A DNA stretch of 64,000 bases from Octopus sinensis (lineage: Eukaryota). The stretch covers positions 100,564,001 to 100,628,000 of the forward strand of contig NC_043006.1 in the NCBI RefSeq assembly GCF_006345805.1, written 5' to 3'. Of this stretch, positions 1 to 11,933 are shown piece by piece. The notes below the pieces were generated by a model. It was not told where the DNA came from. It made no database searches and was given only the letters and a program-made list of their open reading frames with translations. How positions within the stretch are numbered: position 1 is the stretch's first letter; every line of letters starts with the position of its first letter. A program made the translations under genes and the position numbers.

Positions 1-769
1 AATCGTGTACATTGTACGTCTCAGAATTGACTTTACGAACGATTATTTCAAAACTGGGTCTCGTAATACTATGCTATTGATATGCATAAAAGCTACACTA
101 TTTTGTTTAAAGATGTCGTGAATAAGAGCGCTACTAAGCTTAGTATTAGAAATATAATTTCCTAGTTCGAATTCTGTTCGATAATGTGAATATGTGCATA
201 TATTCAGGAAGATGAAATCCGAAGACATCGCACTTCAAAACGGATTAAACTGTAGGATGGATGTATATATTAAATTTAAATCCCTCATAAGGATTCAGAT
301 TTAAAAATGAGGGCCGAAAAATTACAATCACATTGACAACAACAATGGTCTAAGGCATATATTTAACATATAATCCACTCTTTCACTCTTTCTCTCTCTC
401 TCTCTTTCTATATCTCTTTCCTCAATCATTAGTACGTTCGTTGTTACAATATACTAATGAAGTATTTTAAGTAACAATAAGGATCTATAAGTAATATTTT
501 TGATACGTTTGCTTTTCTTCAAGTGGTAAAGGCCCGCGATCTTTAGGTTCATTTCCTACAGAGATTGTACGTTGTTGTAGCCTTGAAAAATGCATTTCCT
601 TCAGAAAATGTATACGAAGCGGTTACTGATGCATTCCTCTTTCCCTCCAGCTCTCAGCCGTGGATGTTCCGTTGAGTTATGAGTGAGAAGGCTAAAATAT
701 ATCTACTGAGTCACCTAAAACAATTTGGCACCGAGTCGGCTACGACGTCGAGAATTTCAGTTGATATGC

Positions 770-1010
770 TCAGTGGACCAGCCTGCTTGTGAAAGTAACG
801 TTCAAGTGGCTGAGCACTCTTGTACCCATAACGAAGAGTTCAGGGAGATTTGGAATAACACAGAATGCTACAAGCACGAATTACTTTTGCCACCTGAGGG
901 AACTGAAGCAACGTGAAATATAGTATCCTGTGCAATAACATAACATACCTCCAGAAATCGAACTTATGACCGTAAGCTGAATACCCTGGTCACTAAGCTA
1001 CGCGATTTCA
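770..1010 (-). mobile_element. Old tRNA/CORE-type SINE (family D), degraded
   Basis: Shares caagtggctgagcactc, ttcagggagatt and gcaacgtgaaat...gaaatcgaact with the better preserved copy at 12610-12867. Confidence 0.6.
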
Positions 1011-1402
1011 GCCTAAAACAATTAGTGAATATATGGGTGTTGTAACCAAACGTATTCGTGTCTGAGTGACGGCTACCTGTAATGTTTTCTTTTTTTCTTT
1101 TTATTTCTGGTTACTTTGGGACGTCAAGAACAAATTTTCTTCAACGCAGATACGGTGTAGTCAGTGACATATCAGCTGCTGGTATTTTTGTTACGTCTAT
1201 ATATATTTTATCGATTCATTCTTTTCAGGTTTCGTACATTCAGGTACCTGGTTAGATCTACACGTTTTCTATATTCAAATGCCCAAAGAGCAGCTTTACG
1301 TTTTCATTCCCCAACAAGACCGATAAAATAAAGAAGCTGTAAAATATGCAAGTCAATTCAGTCAACCCACCACATCACTTTTAAAAATATTGCCCTGTGT
1401 CT

Positions 1403-1539
1403 AACACACACACACGTACAGACTATATATATAATACTATATATATATATATATATTATATATATATAATATATATATATATACATATAACTATTGCCGA
1501 AGATATGGAAGCAAAAATACAAGAATATCGACATACTAT

Positions 1540-1571
<32 letters not shown>

Positions 1572-1590
1572 TATATATTCACTTATATGA

Positions 1591-1647
<57 letters not shown>

Positions 1648-1651
1648 ATAT

Positions 1652-1687
<36 letters not shown>

Positions 1688-1713
1688 TATGTATGTATGT
1701 ATGTATGTGTTAT
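1403..1713. repeat. Compound (CA)n/(TA)n/(TATG)n microsatellite
   Basis: Direct inspection; source of spurious YIYI ORFs. Confidence 0.95.
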
Positions 1714-1759
1714 GTATGTCGATATTCTTATTTTTGCCTCCATATCTTCGGCAATAGTT
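1489..1759. repeat. ~47-bp inverted repeat (1489-1536 / 1714-1759) enclosing a (TA)n tract
   Basis: Left aactattgccgaagatatggaagcaaaaatacaagaatatcgacatac vs reverse complement of right aactattgccgaagatatggaggcaaaaataagaatatcgacatac: 1 mismatch plus a 2-nt indel. Confidence 0.9.
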
Positions 1760-1934
1760 TTCTAATAGAGTATCTATAACTATAAACTACAAAACATACA
1801 ACAACATTCTGCCTGAAGCATACGCATATGTTACATGTCACCTCTTCTCACCTCGACTTTTTCACCTTGAATCTCTGCATAACCTTATAGATCTCATAAT
1901 ACTACTTATCTCACCTGAATATGAAAGTCAGAAA

Positions 1935-2600
1935 AAATACTTTTCCGACTTTTCCTCTCTATCTGTCCTCCACACCTTCTTGCTCTCTTTCTGTTTCTCT
2001 CCTCTCTGTTTTTCTTTCTTCTATATTTATTTATTTTTATCCTTTACTTTCTCATTCTTTTTCTCGTTGTCTTTATAGACTATATTCTCTTACTTTCTAT
2101 ATAAATGTTTATATCAATTTTTACTCACCCTACTTCTCTATACTTCTGCCTTTTTTTAATACTCCCTCTTTCTTCTGGAACCTAAGGTCATATTCCCCCT
2201 TCTACATCTCTCACTTTCTCTCTCAGTCTCTTACTACATCCTTCTCATTCTTAATCACATACTACTTCCTCTTTGTCTTTGTCTATCTCCTCTCTCTCTC
2301 TCTCTCTCTCATTTCACTCTTTTCTCTATCACTAACTTTCTGTCTCCCTCCTTCTACCTACCTCTCTAATTCTCTTTGTTTTCTTCCCCCTTGATTCCCT
2401 TCTCACACACTTTTCTTCACTTTTTTGCCCTGTTTCATACTCTTTGTTCGCCCTCTAACATGTTTCTATGTTATTTCCTAGATATTATAACTCTTCTTTT
2501 CACTGATACTTCTCTCTACAGCTTTCTTTCTTTAGCCTTTCAAATCTCACTTCCCTATCACCACCTCTACCTCTCTCTTAAATTCTATTTCATTTTTAAT
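1935..2600. repeat. Pyrimidine-rich (CT-rich) low-complexity tract
   Basis: Degenerate ct/ctt runs; the ORFs here are S/L/F-rich low-complexity translations. Confidence 0.75.
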
Positions 2601-2739
2601 CTGTATTCATTCATTTCTCTGAGTAACACAAATGCACTTTCCACAATATATCCACACAAACACACCACCCTTTTAAACCCATAGAAACACCTACGTTCTC
2701 AACTTCCTGAAACTTACAAATATCACGCCAAACAAATAC

Positions 2740-2742
2740 ACA

Positions 2743-2779
<37 letters not shown>

Positions 2780-2939
2780 ATTATATATATATACATACAT
2801 ATACGTATACATATACACACACATATGTATACACATACCTCCATATACATATACTATAAATATATATAGCGTAGGTATATATATTATATATATATACATA
2901 CTATATATATATATATATTTATTTATATATATATATACA

Positions 2940-2978
<39 letters not shown>

Positions 2979-2982
2979 TATT

Positions 2983-3029
<47 letters not shown>

Positions 3030-3050
3030 TATATATATTATATATACACA
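2740..3050. repeat. (CA)n/(TA)n microsatellite
   Basis: Direct inspection. Confidence 0.95.
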
Positions 3051-3272
3051 GAGAAGTTATATCTAAACATACAGAAAGCACACACATACACACAAACATA
3101 TACATTTCCATCCATTATCAAGATACACATAGAACGAGACATTCGCTCAGAGATAGGCACCTATTTTATTATAACTATTAACATCTCCAAAACCTTCAGA
3201 ATCCACACAGTCTAGCGAAAATGTTTTATAGTTCTGGTTTTGGTCGCCATTGCAGTGATAGCCGCAATTATA

Positions 3273-3300
3273 TATGAGGTGTGATCAAAACGTTCTAAGA
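3273..3300 (+). mobile_element. Isolated mariner-like terminal inverted repeat end
   Basis: tatgaggtgtgatcaaaa matches the reverse complement of the mariner end at 14693-14711 (tacgaggtgtgatcaataa); no partner TIR identified. Confidence 0.45.
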
Positions 3301-4289
3301 CTTCACATTTATTGCGAAGTATAATGTAAAAACATAAATATTATGTGTAATTGAATAGCCATGTATAGCAGTGTCGGTAGAAAGCTGTAGAAGTTTATTC
3401 CAGATTTTAGTTACGACCTTTTACGTAAGTCGAAATATTAGTACAGAATTAACACGTTTCCATCGTCCGGCTCAAGGAAATTTTGTTTTGCTTTTGTTCT
3501 TGTTTCGTTTGCTTTTCAAACGGAGGAGACTACACTATTGCAGGCATCCAGACATGCAATGGAATTGTAAGAGCGTCGTCGTGACATGGCGAGTGTTGGA
3601 CATTTTACACATGGCAGAGTCCATACTCCTCCAAGTCTGAACACGCCTGATTTCTTTCAGAAAGGTAGAGTGTGATAGGATGGAGGAAGTATAGACTAGT
3701 ACTTAATTTATAAACACTGAATGCATATCAGGCAAAGTTGGCTTCCAAGGGTTGTGAACTTAGGGAGCAGAGAGAGCTGAGATGTAAATCACACAAGCTC
3801 TAATGACTCAGCCAAGTCATCGCCTTCTAAATTGATAAGGTGATGTGTTGTTTCGTATTGCTGTAAGAATTATTTGTATTCGTTGTAATTCCTTCCTTTC
3901 ACCCACTAACGCCTGGAGGACATGCAAAACTCCAGGGTACACTCGGATCTCCTCAGACTAAAACATGCAAAACAAAATTAAATTTGTTGATCTTAGCCTT
4001 GATTCTATCTTGGATCGGCATTATATAATAATCAAATATTGCAGTCAAGTTTCTCACTTTTCTTAATGCACTGAAAAAAGAAGACAAAAAGAACTTACTC
4101 TTTTCTGCTCGTTGACAAAAAATATATATATATATATACATACATACACACACATACATATATACATAGGGAGAGATAGAAGGAGAGAGAGAGAGCGACA
4201 GAGAGGCAGACAAAGACGCGGATATGACTTTAAAACGTATCTTGTAGTGGGTCTCTGCCCCAGGAGTTTCAACGTTTTGAAGATTGTGG

Positions 4290-4500
4290 AACCACCTTCA
4301 GTCACAGCTGTTCCCGGGTCTACTCTGACCCGAGGGTAGTAGCACCTGTCAGGGAGCCAGATATAGGTAAATTAGCGTATGAGAGACGGGATGTAGAGAT
4401 AAGCGGGTCGGTGTCCGAAGTGAGGGACCACTGGCCTTTGTTAAAGCAACCCTCTAGGAAAAGGCGAATTCATATGTAAAACCCGTTGCTCTGCTGAGCC
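4290..4500 (+). mobile_element. Possible RTE-type LINE 5'-UTR fragment
   Basis: Contains ggtagtagcacctg and gcaaccctctaggaaaagg, recalled as typical of RTE-clade 5' regions; related ccttctaggaggaggtaactc at ~11205-11225. Not verifiable here. Confidence 0.35.
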
Positions 4501-5639
4501 AGATATCTAGTATTTTACTTGTCTCTGGTCATCTTGGTGCTGCTAGCGAGAGTAGTTGTGGTGTTGTGTGCAGATCCATTTCCAACCATTTACTATTTGA
4601 AATGTGGCACCCATTCAACTACCTGTATCGATATAGTAGTTTTGTCGTCATCGTCGTCTTCTTCTGCTTTGTGTTATGTTAATATCGATCTGCCAGCAGT
4701 GTTATTATGGAAAATACTCAAATAATTTAACAAACACTCTGTCAATTAGATAAATTAATTACATTTAACAGATACACAAGACTGTTGCAAAAGTGTGTCA
4801 TGTTTAACACACAGCCTCACCATGGCCTGGTGAAAAGGAAATAGGCTGAGGGACACCCTTGCTACATTATTAGTATTTGTTAGCGATCAGAAGTACATTC
4901 CCTAGTCTATCGTGCTTCTTAAGGTGACAAACACTGATTTGAGGAAGATTTCGCTGCAATGCATAAACACTATTTTATTTTATATTTATAAGCTGGTTGT
5001 TACTTGGATGTTGTTTTTTGAATATTTTTTTCTGATACTTTTATATTTTCTCCTCCTGCCGTTGACTTTCCTCTCATCTTTAGTATTAGTGCTCTTGTTT
5101 ATAGTAACATAATTTATTCTGATGTTATATTATTGATATCAAATGGTTCAAAGATTCGTTGTTAGTATTATTGTACTACTACTACTACATTATCATTTGT
5201 CAACCACTAATGCGAACTTTAATTTCACTTGAACGTTACCGAATGTAAACTTTTGCATAATGAATTTTTGCAGCGCTAAATGGAATTTGGCTTTGAAAAT
5301 CACCGCCGACGTTTATATTTTGATTAAAATTGAACCAAGTGGATGTATTAGAACATTGAATTCCCATGAGCAAAGAAACACTTTCGGATGTATATCCAAG
5401 TTTTACAAATAAATGAATTGGATATAGGGTGATCCAAAATCACATAAGTAACAGGTGAATGACAATGCTTTATAAAAGTAGCGCAAAGACAGGAATGATT
5501 AGGGAAATCAGGACCGTTGGTTAAAGAGACAACTCTAATTGCTACAGTAATTTTATAAAACGCAGCAGGATACAAAACAAAGCTGAACAATTAAATAATG
5601 GTCACAAATTTTTATTGAAGGCCAACAAGCTTAGGAAGA

Positions 5640-6545
5640 AGTAAGTCACATCGACTCCATTTCTTGACTGATGCATTATTTTAACAACGTCGACAGAATG
5701 AAAGCAAGTCGACCCCGTTGGAAATTGAACTCAGAATGGAAAGAGCTAGATGAAATACCACTAAGCATTTTGTCCAATGCGCTAATAACGTCTCTGACAG
5801 CTCGTCGCGTTAAATAATCTTCTCCTGTAGGCACAAGTCCGGAAATTTTGTAAGACAGAGCTAGTAAGTTACATTAACCCCCAGGGGTCGACTGGTACTT
5901 ATTTTATAAAACACCGAAAAGAAGAAAGACAAAGTCGGCCACAGCGGAATTTGAACTCAGATCGTAAATGCCGGAAGAAGTGCCACTAATTGTTTTGTTC
6001 GATGTGCTGATATTTCTTCTAGGTCATCACCTTAAATAATCCTTTTTACTATAGGCACAAGGCCCGAAATTTTAGGAGAAGGGTATAGTCGATTACATCG
6101 AACCCAGCACTCAGTGATACTCAGAAAGGATGAAAGGCAAATTCGACTTCGACGGAATTTGAACTCAGGACGCAGCAACGGACGAAATGCCGTTAAGCAT
6201 TTTGCTTTGTGTGCTAACGAGTCTGCTAGCTTGCTGCCTTAAATAATCTTTTTCTTCTTGAGGTACAAGGTCTCAAATTTGGCGGAAGGGGAATAGTCGA
6301 TTATATCGACCCCAGTGTTTCACAAGTACTTAACATATTGACCTCGAAAGGATGAAAGGTAAAATCGACCTCAGCAGAATTTTAACTCAGAGCATAAAGA
6401 CGGACGCTAAACATTTTGCTTGCCTGGTGTGCCAAAGATTCTTCCACCTTCTTCAATACAGAAAAGCTAGAACAGTAAAACCGACTTCGGTGGAGTTTGA
6501 ATTCGAAATGAAACACAATACCACAAGGCATTTTGTTAATCGTGC
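5640..6545 (-). mobile_element. Head-to-tail array of ~4.5 diverged SINE-B copies
   Basis: Repeated ggaatttgaactcag and gatgaaaggcaaagtcgac cores, with junction motif ttaaataatc at ~5810, ~6032 and ~6239. Confidence 0.85.
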
Positions 6546-6833
6546 TACTTTAATATATACAAAATGGCTGACGGTTAGTAAGGAGAGACACAAATAAGAA
6601 AGAAGAAAACAAAGGACCACTGATGCGGTCACAGGAGTGTGACGAAAGAACTCTGGCCGAAATAAGATTAAGATTAATGTAGAAAATAAATAACACTGAA
6701 GCAAAGTAACACCAAATATATAGTGCGTGTGTTTTTATTGGCTAAACTGGCAAAATGACCATTCCTAAATACAACAATATCTATTTCAACACACGACTTC
6801 ACATAAAAAATCTTGCACAATAAATATTTAAAC

Positions 6834-6867
<34 letters not shown>

Positions 6868-7409
6868 ATTATTATTATTATTATTATTATAAGTGACAAC
6901 AAAAGGACACTTCGATATTAGGTAAATAAAGGATTATCTATATATGTATAATTTAGGACAAACGGGAAGTTGTCATTATAGTACTCGGAGTTTCGAATAT
7001 CGGAGCGAAGAGCTACGATGCATTCTCGTCGGCTATTAATGGCAAGAGACGCTACGAAAAACCGTTGAATAAAAGTTGCTCTAATACGAAGAAAAACAAT
7101 AGAAAATACACGCACCATATTCTCACAATAGACAGAAAAACATCCTGCGTTCATAACGTCTACTTACGTACACACTCACACAAATATGTATATGTACATG
7201 CACATACACACATAAACATAAATGTGTATGCACGTACTTACACATACACACATATCCACACACACGCACACATGTCTATATGTACGTATATTTATTTCGT
7301 CATTATATTCACTGTTATTTGAACTAAAAGCGCCGACAGTCGGAGCCACCGATTCTTACTCGCTGCCTTTAGAGCTACTGGATCAACGATTGCTATTTAG
7401 TCAGTAAGT

Positions 7410-8570
7410 GCAGTGATGTAGAGGAATCGGTAGCATGACAACATTCTTAGTTATAATCCCTCCGTTTTTAAGTTCTAAGTTCATATTCTGCCGAGGTCCA
7501 GTCTATCCTCCATCCTTTCGGGGTCTTAAAATAAGTACCAGTTGAACTCTAGGATTTATATAATCAACTTTTTTCAAAACCGAAGGCTCTGTGTCAAAAT
7601 TTGAAACCATTATTGTTTATTCTGCATAGGCAGAATAATTATCAAGCCGGACCAGATCTTTAACGGCAGTTCAAATCCTCCGAGATCCTTCAGATCCTCC
7701 GAGATCGAGTTTATCTCGAGGCCGATTAACTGATTGCCGGTTTAGCAGTGGGATCGATGTAATCGACTTCGCCACCCTTCAATATTGCTTCATTTCCTCC
7801 AAATTAAGGAAGGATTAGTTATTCTACAATACTTTACAGAGCCTTAAGGCGGCGAGTAGTTAGAATCGTTAACACGCTGAGCAAAATATTTAGGGGCATT
7901 TCGTCCGTCTTTACGTTCAAATTTCTCCGAGGTCAACTTTGCCTTTCATTATTTCGGTGTCGATGAAATAATTACCAGTTGAGTACTGTTTGTGGTGGCT
8001 TCATGTAATCGACTTACACACCTGCCCCGGAATTGCTGACCCTGGGCCAAAATTTGAAACCAAGATCTTATAGGGATTTCTAGGAACGAAGCTGAAAACT
8101 TGCTGTTCAGTATGCTATTTCACCTAATTATTATCACTAAAGAAGTCGACGAGCTGATATAATCGTTAGCAAGTTAAAAACAAAAAAACGCTTAGCAGCA
8201 TTTCATTTGCTTTTTCGTTTCGAGCTCAAATTCCGCCGGCGTCGACCTAGCTTTTGATCCTATTTTTTTTTATTTTTGAGATCGATTAAATAAATAGTTG
8301 AACACTGGGGTCAATGGAATGGCCTAACAACCTTCCCCCAAAATTTAGGTCTTTGCTTGTAGTAGAAAGTATAATTACGACGGAAGAGGACGATGACCTG
8401 TCATATTTGTTAGTACGCTGCATGAAATGCTTAGTGCCCTTTTCTCCGGCTCTTCGTGCTCTGAGTTCAAATTCTGGCGAGGTCGAGTTTGCCTTCTATC
8501 CTTGAGCACTAGAGTTGATGCAATCGAATAACTAAAATTGCTTGTTATGTACCAAATTTGTAAACTGTTA
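7410..8570 (+). mobile_element. Cluster of ~5 diverged SINE-B copies
   Basis: Repeated gagttcaaattc.gccgaggtc.actttgcct cores; heads at ~7845, ~8143 and ~8386. Confidence 0.8.
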
Positions 8571-9422
8571 TTCCTGTACAGCACCTGGAAAATTCATCAA
8601 AAATATTTTCAGAAATGTAACCCCTTCAACGAATTTTGTTCCTCGTGACTCCTTTTACCCTGCCTATTTATTGATGGAATAGGTAAGACAAGAGGAGACG
8701 CGTGGGACAGAGTTTTGTAAATCTTATCTTCATAGAATCAAAACAACTGATGTAATTAAACAAAAAAAAAACGTCGCGTCCTGATTTCGATCTACAGTTG
8801 AAACTATTCGTTTTATTTACACAACGTATATTCTTCAGCAAAAATCTCCGGTGTTATAACGTCTCATTCAGCGGTTCTATAGGAATATAAGTTATTTTTA
8901 TTCCTAATAAAGACAAAAGCAATGCAAAAACAGATTTTTAATCAGTAGATGTGTAGTATACATAGAATCAATAATGTTTGAAACCAAAGTATGAAAAAGA
9001 AAATGAAAAACAGAAACCGGAATTTTGCAGCTAATATTTTTAATAACCAAATTTGGATTCTGTAAAGCATTAATTTTGACACTCTACTATCCCCACTAGA
9101 ATGTTATCGAACAGGAAAACCTGTGCTAAAGTGATTTTCTGACACTTGTAAACAGAAAAAATAAACGAGACATTTTCAAATCTAAATGAAATATATATTT
9201 TTTTAAATATAACAACGTTAGAAAGATAAATCAGAAAACAAGGAGTAAACAAATTAAAAGTGAAGAAGAAGAAGAAGATTCAGGAAGAGATTAAGCAATA
9301 AGTTCTTCAAGTTGTTTCGTTGTAGCATATATATACATACATACATACATACATAAATATATACATACATATGTATGTATGAAGAGTGAGAGCAAAAAGA
9401 AAGACGTAGTTGTATGTGTGTG

Positions 9423-9472
<50 letters not shown>

Positions 9473-9678
9473 CACACACACATACACACACGTACGCATA
9501 TTTATGTAGGTGTATTATTTAAAAGTATACAAAACACTTCAAGATATATATGTATGTTTACATGACATTTAACAGCATATAAGACATTTAAAACTACATA
9601 TATATACACGCAACACAGAAATATGTAGGTATACGTGTATAAACATATAAACGTACATATATATATATATATATATAT

Positions 9679-9839
9679 ACTAAGCAATAAGGGTTTAGCA
9701 ACGAGTTGCCTTACCACATACCGAATTTAGAAATAGCAGTCAAAGGGTTATAGCTATTTCTTCTACTAAAAGGGAGATCTCAGTAAAAACAGCATTTGGA
9801 AGGCACAAACAGGTAAGAGAGAATGAATTGACTGCAATC
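9679..9839. repeat. ~165-bp segment duplicated in inverted orientation at 18018-18184
   Basis: actaagcaataagggtttagcaacg...gaattgactgcaatc is the reverse complement of gattgccgtcaattc...cgttgctaaaccctttattgcttagt with few differences. Confidence 0.9.
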
Positions 9840-9930
9840 TATCATACATTTTTTTAGTTATCCACGGACGTACGTTTCGAAATCAAGTTTTAAGGAAAGC
9901 ATACGAATTAAATATTAAATATTAAATAAT

Positions 9931-9964
<34 letters not shown>

Positions 9965-10304
9965 CTTTGTTAATTTTTACAATCTTTGGTAATGTCGTGA
10001 AGTATTGTTACCACTTAAGCTAGCTCTGTTTATTTTACAGTTAATTGTTATCTAAATATATATTTTCAGTCTTTTCCCACCAAGAATCATGAGTGCGGTT
10101 TGTTTTGTGATGTTCAACACTTTAAAAAATTACATCAATTATACGATATAGTTTTTAGATTAAATTTTGAAAATCAAATATCTATGGACAAAATAACGGT
10201 GTGACATGACATACTAAGGCTAGCAGAATATTACAATGTTATTCAGTTGCGTATGGTAGTATAGACAGACGACAGGAAAAGACATGCGCACACTCACACA
10301 CACC

Positions 10305-10376
<72 letters not shown>

Positions 10377-10441
10377 AGTTTTCGTGTGTTCATTGTGAGA
10401 CTAATAACCTAATGTAGAACTCAGTAGTTGGTAATGCCGTT

Positions 10442-10456
10442 GGTAATGCCGTCTCA

Positions 10457-10489
<33 letters not shown>

Positions 10490-10509
10490 TTATATGAGAC
10501 GGCATTACC
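10442..10509. repeat. Palindrome: 19-bp arms around a (TA)n core
   Basis: ggtaatgccgtctcatata (10442-10460) and tatatgagacggcattacc (10491-10509) are exact reverse complements. Confidence 0.92.
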
Positions 10510-10542
10510 CACTATATATATATTATATATATATATATATAT

Positions 10543-10586
<44 letters not shown>

Positions 10587-10616
10587 GGGGAGAGAGAGAG
10601 TTAATCCAAACATGAA

Positions 10617-10960
10617 AACACAAAGAGAAAACACAACAACGCGAGTACGTGGAAGAAGTACAGTATTATTGGACGCTCAGGAAAGGAAACAGTACACATT
10701 TTAACAGTACAAAGAAATCAAATACCAATACCTTTAAAACGGCAACCACTTTAACAGTAGCAGAATCGCAATTCCACTACATTTACACATTCAAACCAGT
10801 TAGCAAGAAGTAACTCCAGCAACATCGCATCTTCATAAAGAAGGAGGATTTAGCGTTTTGAGCGGAGCTCTTCGTCAGAAACGTAGGAAAAGGAAAGATC
10901 CAAGGAAGGGAAGACGGAGCCAAAGAAAATCGCCAACGATACACACGCGGTTACAATATA
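10617..10960 (-). mobile_element. Short microsatellite-flanked unit with hammerhead-like core (Penelope pLTR/retrozyme-like), interrupted by a 146-bp insertion
   Basis: Minus strand 10878-10854 reads ctgacga-a-gagc-tcc-gctc-aaaacg; shares cgctcaggaa and the core layout with 55993-56250. Confidence 0.55.
10694..10839. repeat. 146-bp inverted copy of 12302-12446
   Basis: acacattttaacagtac...cgcatcttcataaa is the reverse complement of tttatgaagatgcg...gtactgttaaaatgtgt, roughly 93-95% identical by eye. Confidence 0.92.
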
Positions 10961-11140
10961 TATATATGTATGTATGTATTTATGTATGTATGTATGTATG
11001 TATTTATGTATGTATGTATGTGTATGTATGTATGTATGTATGTATGTATGTATGTATGTATGTATGTATGTATGTATGTATGTATGTATGCATGTATGTA
11101 TGTATGTATTTATGTATGTATGTATGTATGTATGCATGTA
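10958..11140. repeat. (TATG)n microsatellite
   Basis: Direct inspection. Confidence 0.95.
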
Positions 11141-11564
11141 TGTTGAATACCCGATCTCGCGTTTAAACCATTGGGAGTGAAGGACTCCTAGCCTTTGTTA
11201 GGGCATCCTTCTAGGAGGAGGTAACTCAGGTAACTGGTATAACTCCGACAAAAAACTTGCGGCTCAGTGGTTACCGATGATGTTGACTTGTCCTTCTTTT
11301 TGGATTATGGCTGCTGTTGCTTAGTGAGTGGGATTGACTCAGTGCACAGCCTTTCCTCACTTTTAAAAAATATTCTTGCACAGGTATTGCACGATAACAA
11401 CATTGATTAAGCTTCGTGCAAAGCCATACTCGATAACGAGGGGGCAGACACCGTGTAAGTATGTATAAATGTAATTCTTTTCCTACATTAATTGCACTTC
11501 ATATTCGAGACTCCCATGAAACAATGATATATTTATTATTCAGGTACTCGACTATAAGTCAACT

Positions 11565-11657
11565 GATGATGATGATGATGATCATGATGATGATCATGAT
11601 GATGATGATGATGATGATTATGGTGATGATGGTGGTGGTGGTGGTGGTGTGGTGGTG
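11565..11657. repeat. (GAT)n/(GGT)n trinucleotide repeat
   Basis: Direct inspection. Confidence 0.95.
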
Positions 11658-11689
11658 AGCTCTCGCGTCGAAAACGACGTATCAACGTT

Positions 11690-11933
11690 CGGCTTTTGCC
11701 GATCGGCCTGCTCAAATAATTTGTTTATGGTGGTTAAATGTCCGTGCCTCACATTAGCCTCACTCTCTTCCTATTGACGCTTTCTGAACAGGTGCACTAC
11801 GCACCTCACGTAAGTGTCGAAGTGATCGCAGACAACGTGAGACGAAGTATTTTGCTCAAGAATACAACGCGTCACTCGGTCTAAGAACTGAAATCCCGAT
11901 CGCTCTATCGGAAGTGCAACATCCTAACCACTA
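11690..11933 (-). mobile_element. Old tRNA/CORE-like SINE remnant
   Basis: caacgtgagacgaagtattttgctcaagaatacaacgc core and catcctaaccactaa head, similar to family D. Confidence 0.5.

Noticed and set aside
3900-3960. cctggag...ctccagg hairpin next to ctgagga (minus) as a possible hammerhead
   Set aside because: The GAAA box and cleavage triplet do not fit.
6958-7165. Plus-strand frame DKREVVIIVLGVSNIGAKS resembling a P-loop start
   Set aside because: Does not fit GxxxxGK[ST], has no other GTPase motifs, and runs into a microsatellite.
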